NCBI GenBank assembly: GCA_951406725.2
Contig: OX597821.1
Coordinates: 112,592,001 to 112,656,000 of the forward strand
Length of the DNA: 64,000 nt
Reading direction: 5' to 3'
Source of the DNA: Octopus vulgaris
Lineage: Eukaryota
Part shown: positions 11,336-25,149 of the stretch, piece by piece
Position numbering within the stretch: the first letter of the stretch is position 1
Layout of the letters: each line of letters starts with the position of its first letter
The notes under the pieces: model-generated
Databases searched by the model: none
Seen by the model: only the letters and a program-made list of their open reading frames with translations
Told to the model about the DNA's origin: nothing
Made by a program: the position numbers and the translations under genes

Positions 11336-12721
11336 GACTCTTTAAACAATTTTACGCCAGCTTCCCACTGCACCATCAGCTGCACTGTCCTTGCTTTCTT
11401 GTGGTTTCTGCAGCACTGTGTTTTGACAATGCAGAATTATGTTTGTATGCTTCATACATTTTGTGTTGCGTTTTTTATTTTGGTTTTTGTGAAATATGTG
11501 TGAGGTGTGTGTCGTGTTATTTTGCTTTTCTGTGATGGTTTCTCTTGTTTTGTTTTTCTTTTATAAACTACTATCTTATATGTCTGGTGGGAGCGTCATT
11601 ACGCCAATAATAAACACACGCACTGGTTCAACATCACTTCTGTATTGTTAGTCAAATGTTTAAATATCTAGCCAACTAAGTAATCGATCATTTGTTTCAT
11701 GCGATCTTGAACCAGTATGTATGCTTATCATTATTGGTGCAATGACCATCCCACGACATAAAATTTGTTTCAATACACGAATTCACATCAAGAATCTTGC
11801 AAACCAAATACAAAAAGGAAGTCTATTTTTATGCTTTATCTCTTACTTGTTTTTGTCATTTGACTGTAGCTGTGTCGGGGCATCACCTTGATTCTACAAA
11901 ATATGTATTGTGCAAGCTGTGTTATTTTATTGGGTGGTGTCTGTATAGAGTATATGGGAAGTGACTCTTGAAGAGAACGTACCTTAGGGTGGTTTGATAT
12001 TAAGCTGAAACTGTATAGCGTAAGTTTGCGTGTAATAGGGTCCCTTATAGCATTGTGTGTGGAATTGTAATCTTTGATAAGGTTTTCTTTTTTATCCGCG
12101 TATTTCTTTATCATTGTCACTGACACAAGTATTAGTAGAACTGATTTTGACTTCCTCATTCCATATTTATTTCAGATTCAAAATCCTTCTATTTGAAAGT
12201 CTCCCAGTGCTCTTCAAGGCGACGATTAGTACCGAAGAAGAAATGTCATTTGAAAGTTCAGTGACTCTCATTTCTGTCTTTGATAATTATACCTCAAGGG
12301 CTCGTCTTGATCTCTTTGTCAGACTGAACAAGCAAATCTCAAATTATTGATTCAGAGTGTTTTCATGTGCAGTGTTTGGTGCGTGTCAATACTACTTATC
12401 CACTTTCATGTCACAGGGTTCGTTTATTTCCCAAGAGATTATAGCTGTCGGCTTGATCGCCTTCATGAATATATTCAGCTACTGCAACGACTAAACATCT
12501 TGATATTTATGTAATGAAGCGCATCATTGCACCATATGTATAGCCTGCACATTTTGCTAACTTCCTGTTTTGTTATATTGTTCTGAAGCAGTTGAGCTCA
12601 GACTCAAGTCTCGATAACATAAAGCACCATTTAAGTGTTGGAGGTGAAGGGAACGTACGAGCCTCTCCCCCACCGCCTAAACTATTGGTCTTGCACCTAA
12701 ACCAGGAACTAGAATCACTGA

Positions 12722-13290
12722 AAGCGGGAATCTGGCAGAATCGTCAAGGCGTTAGCGAAATTGCTTTGCTGTAATTTTTTCGGCTCTTTACGGATTGAGT
12801 TGAAATCCCACCAGAGTTAATCTTGCCTATCATCCCTTCGATAAAATATATTACCAGTCAAGTACTGGTGTGGATGGTCGGGGGTTATCTACCCGACCTC
12901 AAAACTACTGCTCTTGTACCTAAATTTAAAAAAAAAACATTATTATTTAAAGCAGTAAAGGGCGGCGAGCTGGCAGAATCGTTGGCACGTCGGACAAAAT
13001 GCTTAGCGGCATTTCGTCCGTCTTTATGCCCTGAGTTCAAATTCCGCCAAAACCGAGTTTGCCTTTTAGCCTTTCGGGTTCGATAGAAATAAGTAACAGT
13101 CGCGCACTGGGGATGATGTAATCTACTTTGCCCATCTCCTAGTATTCCCGGCCTTACGCCAAAATTTGAAACCGTTATTCAAGGCGATAGTTGGCAAAAT
13201 CGTTCCTTGTGGTATTTCTTCTCGCCTTTTACGGGGTCGATGAAATAAAGTATCAGTCAAGTACTGGGAACCGTAAAAATCTACCTTCTT
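12722..13290 (+). mobile_element. Cluster of SINE A copies (best copy 12961-13180)
   Basis: ggcggcgagctggcagaatcgttggcacg..ctgagttcaaattccgcc..aaaatttgaaaccgtt. Confidence 0.8.
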
Positions 13291-13401
13291 CTCTCCCTTC
13301 AAATCTACTGACCGCATACCCACGCGAGACTCAGTTATTTTATTCTCATAATTATTTGTGACCAGGCACTGATCGTCTGCATTTGAAAATCAGATCTTCT
13401 C

Positions 13402-13626
13402 TTTTTAACCCAGACGATTTGATCCACCGTTAGTCTCTCGAACACTCTGGCTCATTTGCTCTTTGTCGAGATTAGCAAAATATTGCCCATGAAGCGATTG
13501 CTTTTTGATGCTGGTGTTTTTAAACCAGACGATTTGATCCACTGTTAGTTTCTCGAACACTCTGGCTCATTTGCTCTTTGTCGAGATTAGCAAAGTATTG
13601 CCTATGAAGCGATTGCTTTTTGATGC
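13402..13626. repeat. Tandem duplication, period 115 bp
   Basis: cagacgatttgatccac..gattgctttttgatgc starts at 13411 and again at 13526. Confidence 0.92.
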
Positions 13627-14073
13627 CAATTCAAAACAACACCGACAGCAACACCAGCAATACCACTATCAACACCAGTGGCAACAACCCATACTATTGG
13701 TAGTTATAAATTATAATCAGACATACGTTTGTTGATAAAAAGAAAATTTTCACAATATGGAGAAGAAGAGACAGATGGACTGTGCAAATGAAATGAAATT
13801 CGCTTCATATAAACATATTTAGGTTATATTGTTGTCTTACAATGAAAACGGACAGGAGTTCAGAGAAAATAAGAGGTTGTTTGTTCAGTTGTTTATCAGC
13901 AATATTTTGGTTATCTCATGTGTAGGTTGATATATTCATGTATGTGGTGATGAGAAAATTTTTATTGGCTTACCCACCTACTCACATATACATAAATATT
14001 TCGGAAAGTGTTTGTGTGTGTGTGCGTATGTGTGTTTGAGCATGTATGTATATATGTACATATATACACACAG

Positions 14074-14116
<43 letters not shown>

Positions 14117-14206
14117 TGATATGTACTGGTATATATAGATACATCTATCTCCGTATACATACACACATACACACGTATATGTATGCATATATATATATAT
14201 ATATAT

Positions 14207-14561
14207 CGGCCAATATAGGCCTAGGCCATGTCTAACTCAATAGCACCACCTGGTGAAGTCTTTTAGCCATATATGAGGCACTATGGCCCACGCTAGCAAA
14301 GAGTTATTATTGTTGGAGACATATCCGAGTGTAGGAGGTTGGTCCGCGATTTTTTGAAGAAATTTGTCCAGTGAACTTTTGAATTTTATGGGACCTGTTT
14401 CCGTTTTGACGTATTTTGGTATGGTATTAAAGAGAGCTGGACCGGTTGAGGTAAAGTAGTTGTGACGTACTGTTGCTATGTGTACCGAGTTGGATTTTTG
14501 TAGTGGGCGGATAGCACGGGGGCCAAGACTGGGATGGATTTTACAATTGATGCCAACATCA
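14207..14561 (-). mobile_element. CR1-group LINE 3' end (ORF2 C-terminus and UTR)
   Basis: Minus strand translates ..IHPSLGPRAIRPL..RHNYFTSTGPALFNTIPKYVKTETGPIKFKSSLDKFLQKIADQPPTLGYVSNNNNSLLAW, the typical GPxLFN..FKxxLDxFLxxIPDxP..NSL terminus; abuts (TA)n. Confidence 0.72.
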
Positions 14562-15577
14562 CTTGTGCAATATTAATGGAATATTTTCCACATCACACAA
14601 ATGATGTAGCGGCACACATGCATTTATCGATATACTTGTATGTTTCTTTCGCCGAGTGGCTAAAAAGTTCGCCTTGCAACCTTGATGTCCCGAGTTCAAT
14701 CTCATTTTGTGACACCACAACACGCCAACAAGAGGATTTCTACTCAGTTGCTTATTGTGCTAGAAACATTAACCGATGGAATGAGCAGGAAAAGAGTGTC
14801 CTTGTTCTGAACGATGTGGGTATATATGGAGTTAAACCACAGTGACGATATCGACATTAGTAAAAAAAAAAAAAAACAGCAGCCATTATAATAACGAAAA
14901 CACAAACGACTGTTGCGAGAAAGACGGCAACAACAATAACAGAAAAACAACAAAAATAACATTAACAATAGCAACAACAAGAGTAACAACAATAATTGCA
15001 GTAATGGAAACAACAAACAACAACAATAATAACAAAAGAAAAAAAATACGACAAGTGTGACAATACAACAACAAAAATCAGAAATTTTCTATAGCGAGTC
15101 TGAAACGTTTGAATAAGTTTAGATATATCGAATATAATTTAAATGATTAAAAAATAAACAAGTAAAAAAATATATAACCAAGAAAAACCTTGTTTATGAT
15201 TATTTAATGTCCACTAAGTTAGACAAAAATAACCACTTACTAAAAATATATGTCCAACACAAAGCTTTTGTCGTGATGGCAAATATTTCATTGATTTCAA
15301 TACCAAAACAAAGAATAATAACATTCGACCCCCTTAAGCAGACACAAGTTAATCCATTAGAATAAATATTGCTTCTCTGGTTTCTTAAATTTCTTTTTCC
15401 CCCCGAGCAGACATAAAAAAAAAAAATTATTTTTCATAGTTGAATATTATTTGTAAATTCCGATAACAATTAAACGAGAGAGTTTTGTAAAATTACTTAA
15501 AGTATATTCTTGGGGGTTTATGATAGAATAAATAAAAAGATGCAATTTAGATCACTTCATTTATTCAGTTACTTACT

Positions 15578-15632
<55 letters not shown>

Positions 15633-15808
15633 GCTACTACTACTGTTGTTGTTGTTGTTGTTGTTTGTCTAAGGCATATATTTTGGGGATGAAGGTGGAA
15701 GCAGAAGAATTTGTACTTGTGCATTTTATCTGCAGAAAGCGTGTATGAATGAACACACACATACATACACGTAGGGACAGACACACGGTCAAACGCGCGC
15801 GCATAAAC

Positions 15809-15912
<104 letters not shown>

Positions 15913-16221
15913 GGAGTGTTAATATGCTTTGCTACCTTCTTTGATATCCCGGTATCTCTCTCCCTTTATATATATATATATATATATATGAGGAATAGCC
16001 AAGTGGATTCCTAATATGCTAGAAGAAGACGCCAAATCGTCTTACCACGAAGAATATGTTTTCAAAAATTTTAGCAAACGTAATTTTATATATACATGTA
16101 TATATATATATATGTGTGTGTATGTGTGTGTGTATATGTATACACAGTATATTATATACTGTGGGGACACACATACACGCACACACATATATATACAATG
16201 TGTGTGTGTGTGTGTAATGTA

Positions 16222-16875
16222 ATGTTCCGTGATAGTAAAATCAACACCGTAGATAAATTTAGGAAACAACTTGCCTCTACCCTCAGTCAATTCGGTCTTA
16301 AAATCACAGTCGCTACTAATCTATCTAAAGTCGACTTTTTTTATGTTTCCCTCGACTTCAACTCTTCCTTTAATAAACTTTACCATAAGCCCAACGAGAA
16401 ACTTTCCTATGTACACAAAGAGTCTGGTCATCCCAGTTGTAGCTAACATTAGTAACAGAGTATCTAACTTCTCTCCCTCAAAAGAAATCTTCGAGAAGCA
16501 ACCCTTTGCTACAACAATGCCCTAGCCTATAGTTGTTTTAAAAATAACTTAATGTATTATCTTTCTAATAACTTTACGAATTATAATAATAGACCAAAAA
16601 ATAGACCTAAGAGAATAATTTGGTTTGCCCCACTTTTCCCCTTAATGTTAAAACTAACATATGTAAAAGATTCCTGCCTCTCTTAGACAGATTCCAGAAA
16701 ATCACAAGCACAGAAAAATATTCAACAAGAATTCAGTTGAATTATTATATAGCTGCTGACCCTATATGAAGAGCATCTTTACACGCAAACACCACCAAGA
16801 GCCTACTCCTCGTTGTAACTGTCGAGACCCAAGCGTCTGTCCACTCGACCAGGGATGCATGATTAAATCCGTCAT
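16222..16875 (+). pseudogene. Degraded Naiad/Penelope fragment (RT thumb, linker, start of EN)
   Basis: DKFRKQLASTLSQFGLKITV..KVDFFYVSLD..KPNEKLSYVHKESGHP; RIIWFAP; KIFNKNSVELLYSC*P; CNCRDPSVCPLDQGC. Homologous to 2470-3822, with frameshifts. Confidence 0.85.
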
Positions 16876-16924
16876 AAGCAATTTGTTCGGCGTGCTAATG
16901 ATTCTGCCAGCTCACCACCTTAAT

Positions 16925-17305
16925 AAGGGTTTCAAATTTTGACACAAGGCCAGCAATTGGGAAAGGGAGGAAAATCAATTATAGTTACCCAAGTGTTTAA
17001 TTGGTACTTATTTCATCGACCCTGAAATGATGAAAGGTCTGAAATCACAGTCGTTACTAATCTGTCTAAAGTCAATTTTTTAGATGTTTCCCTAGACCTC
17101 AACTCCTCCTCTTATAAAACTTAACATAAAACCAACGAGAGACTTTCCTATATACACAAAGAGTCTGGCCACCCGAACTGTAACGGACGTTAGTAACAGA
17201 GTATCTAACTTCTAACCTCCGCGGAATCTGAACTTAGGACAAGACGAACAAAATGCCTCTAAGCATTCGATCAGTTATGTTAACTATTCCACCAGCTCTT
17301 GGCGC
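16925..17305 (-). mobile_element. SINE A interrupted by a ~175-bp Penelope RT fragment (17039-17213)
   Basis: SINE tail (16925-17038) and head (17214-17305) flank a copy of 16300-16472. Confidence 0.7.
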
Positions 17306-17646
17306 TTTATTAATAATTAATAAATGTTTATGGGAATTTAACATTCTTCGTGTTTTCCAGTGGCTAAAATGTATCTTCACGCTTTCGTTGATTTAGTTTC
17401 AAACACACAAATGGATCTTTGTATGGGTGTGCGTGTCTGTGTGTCAATGTATATCTAGGCATTTTATATACATGTGTGTGTGTGCGTGCGCGCGTGTGTG
17501 GTATATATATGCGCTATTATGTATCTGAGTACGTATGTGTGAGTCTGCGTATCCTTATGTATCTGTATATGTTTGTACGAATGTGTATGTTTGGGTATTT
17601 CCTCTGGTATCTATCGATCTCTCTGTCTTTATGTCTGTCTGTCTGT

Positions 17647-17696
<50 letters not shown>

Positions 17697-17714
17697 ATCT
17701 TTCTCTGTCTCTCT

Positions 17715-17758
<44 letters not shown>

Positions 17759-17792
17759 TATATATATATATATATATAACTATATATATATA

Positions 17793-17985
17793 GTTAATCC
17801 AAACATGAAAACACAAAGAGAAAACATAACAACGCGAGGACGTGGAACAAGTATGTTATTGGACGCTCAAGAAAGAAGGAAAGAAGGAGGGTTTAACGTT
17901 TCGAGCGGAGCTCTTCGTCAGAAACATAGGAAAAGGAAAGATCCAAAGAAGGGAAGACGGCAGAAAAAAATCGCCAACGGTACAC
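17793..17985 (-). mobile_element. Short non-coding PLE pLTR-like module ending at (TA)n
   Basis: Contains a hammerhead followed by a ~100-nt U-rich tail, then (TA)n; same layout as 24275-24440. Confidence 0.7.
17891..17925 (-). ncRNA. Minimal hammerhead ribozyme
   Basis: Minus strand GTTT-CTGACGA-a-GAGC(tcc)GCTC-GAAA-CG-TT-AAAC: intact core, palindromic ACGU stem III, GUU cleavage triplet, stem I GUUU/AAAC. Confidence 0.8.
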
Positions 17986-18067
17986 TGCATATACATGTGT
18001 ATCTGCATATGTGTGTAAATCGGTACATTATATACACACAAATATTCAAACAGCTTACATTAATCTC

Positions 18068-18128
<61 letters not shown>

Positions 18129-18907
18129 TTCAATGTATATCTATCTATTTATATGTGTGTGTGTGTGATGGTGTATCTATGTAGATATGTACATATGTAT
18201 ATGTGTGTATCATCGTGCATCTCTCTGCCTCTCTATTTATGTGTGAGTGAGTGCGCGTGTGTATGTGTGTAAATATCTGTGCGTAAATGACTGTGTGCCT
18301 AATCGTAGTACCAGTTTCAAACACACACACACACACATACACACACATAAATATATATGTATGCTTAAACGATTTAAACCAGCGATCCTTAGCTCGATTC
18401 ACAAACTTGTGTATATGAATCGTTTTTACAGATATTTCCCTTCATTTTCTAATCTATATTGTCGACCAATTTGGAATTCAAAAATAAATTAAAGAACGAA
18501 TCTAAAATTAGAGTGGTTCCGTTGTCTTCATTGGCTTTCCAATACCATTCTCTGAAGAAAGTCTGAAAATGGTGTCTTAGAAAAGATATCACAATAGATT
18601 TTTTTATCTCACTATCTACGTTCTAAAAAGAGTCAAGATCAAAAATATATTATGTATGTTATACACCCATACATAGGAGCGTATATACATATATGCATGA
18701 ATAGACACATATGTATACACACACACACACACATACACACATATATATGTTTATACATACACACAAACATATGTATGTGTATCGCGTGTGCGTTTGTGCA
18801 TTCTCACTTCAAGTGACGTTCTCTAATATTTAGTTACAAACTAGCATAGCCACTGGCAAACAAGTATGTATATATGTGTGTATATATATCTATATATATA
18901 TATGTGC

Positions 18908-19045
<138 letters not shown>

Positions 19046-19465
19046 ATACCTATATATGCATATATATATATACATATATAGGTATATGTATATACATGTA
19101 TATATATGTGTGTGTGTATATATCTACATAGATATGTATGTATGTACGTATATGTATATCTATATATACATACATACTTATATCCTTATACGTATATCCT
19201 TATACGTATATAAATGTGTGTGTATGTACACAAATTACGTGTGTGTGTGTGTGTAGATATTTATGTATATATGATTACATACATACATACATGCAAATAT
19301 ATTTATACACACATACACACGCCCACATACACACATACACGCACACAGATCTATCAACGGCAGTTAGCAGTCTACTGATCGTCCATAGATGTCTTTGTTC
19401 TGAGGAAGTTGATACGAAAGAATCCGAAGAACAAGTATTCAGTAACACAACGGCGCTAATAATAA

Positions 19466-19495
19466 TACCGCCGCCGCCGCCGCCACCACCTCCAT

Positions 19496-19541
<46 letters not shown>

Positions 19542-19569
19542 GCTGTTGCTGCTGTTGCTGCTGCTGCTG

Positions 19570-19605
<36 letters not shown>

Positions 19606-19641
19606 TTACTGCTGCTGTTGCTGCTGCTGCTGCTACTACTA

Positions 19642-19718
<77 letters not shown>

Positions 19719-19742
19719 GCTAATAATAATAATAATAATAAT
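19466..19742. repeat. (CCG)/(CTA)/(CTG)/(TAA)n compound microsatellite
   Basis: Direct reading. Confidence 0.92.
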
Positions 19743-19920
19743 CTTTTCCACTACAGGCACAAGGCCTGAAATCTGGGGGAAAGGGGGCAAATCGATTGAA
19801 TCGACCCCAATACTGAACTGGTACTTATTCCCTCAGCCCCCAAAAGTACTTATGTCATATACCCCAAAAGAGGCCGGAAGAATTTGTACTCAGGACGTAA
19901 AGAGAGACGAAATGCCGCAA
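19742..19920 (-). mobile_element. SINE A (3' portion)
   Basis: ggcacaaggcctgaaat..tcgacccca..ctggtacttat is the reverse complement of the family A tail. Confidence 0.7.
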
Positions 19921-20728
19921 ACCGTAACTTAGCGGTTTGGCAAAATAGCGCGATAAATATATCTAGTAGACTTTAAAATTTTCATCTACTGTTTGATTAA
20001 ACAGTTGAAATTTGTGCTCCAGAAAGGGCGTATTGCTATGATTAATATACGTAAAAGGATAAAGAATACACGCATGCGCGCACGCATAGCAACACACACA
20101 ATGAGTTGCTCCTTTGTTTTACTGGGAAATGTAATAATCGATAAAAAGTGCTTGTTTCTGTTCCCTTTATCACATACATACATACATAAATACATACATA
20201 TATACACACTTACACACACATATACAGATATAGATATATGATTAATGAGACGGAAGATGGGTGATGCGGGAATGTTTATTAATTACTATAGTTCTTTCTA
20301 CCCATCTAGCAACGATCGTTCGCGGGTGGGATACTTAGCAACTGGTTTAGGTGTATCTGTCGGTATAGATGTGTCTCTTCAGGTGATTACAAGATATATC
20401 TCTTAAAATAAAGACTGTTCTGCAAAATAAAGACTTTTTCTCGGTTTGTGTATAGAACATCAGCAAATTAATACATGTTTTGCTGTATTATGAATTCGTT
20501 TCCTTCTGCGTTTGTTATTTATTATTGATCTATAAAAATAATAATAGCAAATAATGATAACAAAATTAAAACAGCGTACCAAAGGGCTTCGAAACTACAA
20601 AAATTTTACTGTGAAAATAATAAAGGTAGAAAATTTTATATGAAAATAGGTTGTCTATTCACTTTATTACGCATGCTGAATACCTGTATGAAAATTTCTT
20701 AAAATTTTCTACCCTCATTATTTTCACA

Positions 20729-20769
<41 letters not shown>

Positions 20770-21038
20770 CACACACAATGTTCGTGCATGCGCGTATGTG
20801 CGTGTATGTGTTTGTGTGTGTGTGTGCGCGCGCGTATCTATACAAACATATCTCTTGAATCATACGCTTCTCTTTCATTAGCCCTAGGTTACTCTGGTGG
20901 CTGAAAATATTCGGGCTGTGTCTTTTATATGATGCGTGGTCGTCAGGGATATATGTCTTGAGTTTCAGATGTGATAAATAGGACAGGTAAAAGGTTAATT
21001 AAAGTAGACGTAGGTAATCTAAGTAAAGAAAGAAAGAG

Positions 21039-21100
<62 letters not shown>

Positions 21101-21604
21101 GAGAAATTTCGGAACAACCAGCACGTTTCAAAACGGGATTTATTAGGTGCCTTCACCATAAACTATCCATTATGAATACCATGGCCCTAATCAAAATGGG
21201 TGGACGAACGAGAACTGAAAGCGAACGTGAATTTAAATGACTGCAAGGTTCTACCTAACTTCATGACAATCAGCGAATGCTGGAAATTAATATTTTACCG
21301 AGGGATATAATTGATAAATTGTATAGACCGAGGGACCAAAATGCCCGTTCTTATTTAATTACAACTTCCGTTCATCCTAAGTCCTTCCAAATTCGTCGTG
21401 CTTGAATTTTCATTGAAGAGTCAAGCAGTGGAGGTCAATTCAATCGACCACATTCCTCATTTCGCGACGCGTACCCGTCTATCGAGTCCAGAAAACAATA
21501 TATTATTCCACTCCAAAGGTCTGTCCTCTTCTTGTATTTCGCTGTCTTTCAGAAGACTTCTCTCCTTAATACTCTATACTCTACTCTACATGTTTATACT
21601 CTCC

Positions 21605-21663
21605 TATTATTATTATTATTATTTTTTTTTTATTATTATTATTTTTATTATTATTATTATTAC

Positions 21664-21694
<31 letters not shown>

Positions 21695-21736
21695 TTTTTT
21701 TTTTTTTATTATTATTTTTATTATTATTATTATTAC

Positions 21737-21779
<43 letters not shown>

Positions 21780-21815
21780 TTTTATTATTATTATTTTTAT
21801 TATTATTATTATTAC

Positions 21816-21885
<70 letters not shown>

Positions 21886-21960
21886 TTTTTTATTATTATT
21901 ATTTTTATTATTATTATTTTTATTATTATTATTATTATTATTATCATTATTATTATTATC
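21605..21960. repeat. (TTA)n microsatellite
   Basis: Direct reading. Confidence 0.95.
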
Positions 21961-22407
21961 CTTTCTTTTAGTCTTTATTTCCAGTCTTTTCCATTTTCCA
22001 TGGTCGTTGCACCTCTTCTCACTTCTTCAATGTCACATTTTCCTTCCTTAATTCAATATAACAACATATGAACATTGTTTTATTAAATATTCCTCGATTG
22101 AATTAATTAATTCATACAATTTGTCGTCTGTTACGTGATTCTCCCGCCAATTCTTTCCAAAAATCTATCTCTCTGTCTCACTTTTTCTCTCTCTTTCTCT
22201 TATCTATCTGTCTCCCCTATTCTCTCTCATTCTCTCTCCTTCCTCCAAACTTTCTACGCCCCCACTCTATTTATCCCCCTTCACTATTGCACTTCATCCC
22301 CCCTCTCTCTTTGTATATCATTATTATGCTTGCATATTTGTCTCTTATTTTCTATTATATTCCTAACAAATTGTTGTTTCAGTGTCTGCATCTCCTGTTC
22401 TGCATCC

Positions 22408-22545
22408 CTCACTCACTCACTCACTCACTCACTCACTCACTCACTCACTCACTCACTCACTCACTCACTCACTCACTCACTCACTCACTCACTCACTCAC
22501 TCACTCACTCACTCACTCATTCACTCACTCACTCACTCACTCACT
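22408..22545. repeat. (TCAC)n microsatellite
   Basis: Direct reading. Confidence 0.95.
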
Positions 22546-22992
22546 TACTCTCTCTCTTTCCTTGTCTCTTTAATCCTTTTCTTTCACTCCCTCACTTCGT
22601 CCCTGTCTCCCCCTCCTTCATCTGTTGCTTCCCTCAATCTCCCAATGTCGTCTGCACTATCGTCTGCATTCCCACTCATTCACAGTCTCTGCCAATCCTC
22701 CTTCCCAATCGGAGTCCATTCTCGCACCCACTCTCTCTCACCCCACCTCTCTTTCTCTCTACCTCTATCTCTGCCTCACCCCCTCTCTCTCTGTCTCATC
22801 TCTTTTTCCCTAACTCTCTCTCATCCCCTTTTTACTCCCTCTCTCTCTCTCTCTCTCATTTATTAGCACCCACCATCAATATCTCCACCCTCATTACCAT
22901 CCTCCGTCTCGTTCTCATCCTCCCGTATAAACCACTGCTTAGTCATCTCCTTGCGTTGTATTTGCCATGTTTCTTACTACCCCAGACCCCGC

Positions 22993-23041
<49 letters not shown>

Positions 23042-23412
23042 GCACACTAACACGCGTGCGCGTACCGAATTATACACCTACGCTTTTACACACACGCGCG
23101 CACACTCAAACACGAACTCGACAAATGCGTTCATAAAGCTCACATCGTATAGACTCAACATTAACTCTATTACAAACATGTAAAACACTAGCAGCAGTAA
23201 CAGCAGCAGCATCTGGCCTTGTCCTGGTTTATAAATACTTAAAATAAATACAATTTTAGAAGTAAAATACAAAAATATACAGAAATTGCTTTGAAAACAG
23301 GCCAACGATGTTTATACGGTTGCCCTTGGAATGGCGATTAAATTGTATTTGTTGCATTAAAGCATCCAAGCATCATATTTTTTACAGCCAACCGTGGTCG
23401 GGCATCTTGGAG

Positions 23413-23470
23413 CATAGATACATACACACATACATACATACATACATACATACATACATACATACATACA

Positions 23471-23501
<31 letters not shown>

Positions 23502-23608
23502 GCACACATACATATATACATACATACATACATACATACATACATACATACATACATACATACATACATACATACATACACACACACATAGATACATACA
23601 CACATACA

Positions 23609-23639
<31 letters not shown>

Positions 23640-23658
23640 GCACACATACATATATACA

Positions 23659-23692
<34 letters not shown>

Positions 23693-24270
23693 CATACACA
23701 CACACATACATACATACATACATACATACATACACACACACACATACATACATACATACATACATACATACATACATACATACATACATACATACATACA
23801 TACATACATACGTACATACATACATACATGAATGCATGCATGCACACATACATACATACATACATACATACATACATACATACATACATACATACATACA
23901 TACATACATACATACATACATACATACATACATACATACATACATACATACATACATACATACATACATACATACATACATACATACATACATACATACG
24001 CACACACAAACATACAAACAAAAATACCCTGTTGTTGATGTTGAAATTCCAATGATGGAGCCTTGAATCTAGGTTAGAAAACGGTTCTCTCTCTATTGGC
24101 AAATCTTGAAATAGACTGAATAATGCATACATACATACATACATACATACATACATACATACATACATACATACATACATACATACATACATACATACAT
24201 ACATACATACATACATACATACATACATACATACATACATACATGCATACATACATACATACATATATAC
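23413..24270. repeat. (TACA)n tract containing a LINE 3' UTR
   Basis: About 850 bp of catacata repeats, interrupted at 24000-24125. Confidence 0.95.
24000..24125 (+). mobile_element. 3' UTR of the (TACA)n-associated RLE LINE
   Basis: caaaaatacc.tgttgttgatgttgaaattccaatga..ccttg.atctaggttagaaa.cggttct..cttgaaata.actgaataatg matches 63178-63290. Confidence 0.85.
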
Positions 24271-24274
24271 ATGC

Positions 24275-24436
24275 ATTCTCTCCTTGTTTCTCTCCTTGTT
24301 TTTTTCTGTGTCCCTTTCTGTAGAAGAGCGTAGGCTCGAAACGTAAGAGACTTTTTCTATTCCTGAGCGTTATACTAATACATCTGTTTGTTTTGTACAC
24401 CACCTGTCTTCGTCTTTTGTTTTTTTCGTAAACTCT

Positions 24437-24440
<4 letters not shown>
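24275..24440 (+). mobile_element. Short non-coding PLE pLTR-like module ending at (TA)n
   Basis: Hammerhead-like core, then a ~95-nt tail, then (TA)n; shares stem II GAGC/GCTC, GAAACGT and a downstream tgagcgt with 17793-17985. Confidence 0.68.
24314..24349 (+). ncRNA. Variant minimal hammerhead ribozyme (CUGUAGA core)
   Basis: CTTT-CTGTAGA-a-GAGC(gtag)GCTC-GAAA-CG-TA-AGAG. A6 is replaced by U, stem I has one G-U pair, and the triplet is GUA. Confidence 0.6.
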
Positions 24441-24493
<53 letters not shown>

Positions 24494-24496
<3 letters not shown>

Positions 24497-24885
24497 TTAT
24501 ATATAAAAGTGAAGTAGTGTGTCTGTCTCCTACGATTTAGATTCCTAACTACTCCCACATTTTGCGGTGCAGTGTAACCAAAAGCGGGTATCTTATAGAC
24601 ATGATTCATATAGAGCCCTTCTGGGTATTAGCGCGCGTCTACGATGAGTCTACGATTTAAAAAAAAATTACCATCATTTTTTCCCATTTTAATGCATTTT
24701 TTGCTATTATATAAGGGAAGTAACTCTCTAAAAATGTATTATTAAATCTCAGAATGTAAAAAGCTACAGTAACATCCCCTTTTGTGGTTAGCCATATTGA
24801 GATGGCTATTATACTTTACATCTCTAAAAATGCTTATATAGTTATTTCTCTTACAAACCCGAGCAACGCCGGGCGATACTGCTAG
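24494..24885 (+). mobile_element. Non-autonomous Helitron (~390 bp)
   Basis: Starts a|TC(tttatatataaaag), has a subterminal hairpin cccg-agcaacgc-cggg (24858-24873), and ends CTAG|t; inserted between A and T in (TA)n with no TSD. Confidence 0.85.
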
Positions 24886-25149
24886 TATATATATATATAT
24901 ATATATGTAAATTAAACTATGATCTTTTAACACCAATGATCCACTTCTCATTGTTACTTATTGTTTCATTTCTTTTCTTTTCTATATATATATTAAACCA
25001 CGGTTTTACCTTTAAATTACCTAATACCGTTTACCTTATAACTAAGACTATACATAATGCGGTAATAACCAGGAGTGCCTACGGATACGTTTATCTATTA
25101 TCTATTATCATACTAGATAATCGAACAGGGTAACCCCCACCACCACCAC

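Noticed and set aside
14650-14705. tRNA gene
   Set aside because: A/B-box-like motifs are present but there is no complete cloverleaf or acceptor stem; more likely a decayed SINE head. The same applies to all other tRNA-like heads in the window.
19393-19436. CTGAGGA..GAAA hammerhead-like core
   Set aside because: No NUH triplet or stem III positioned before the would-be stem I partner (gaacaag).
23308-24276. Long HTYI/MYVC-repeat ORFs, and all YI/IY, poly-N, poly-I and poly-D ORFs elsewhere
   Set aside because: Microsatellite translations of (TACA)n, (TA)n, (AAT)n and (GAT)n.
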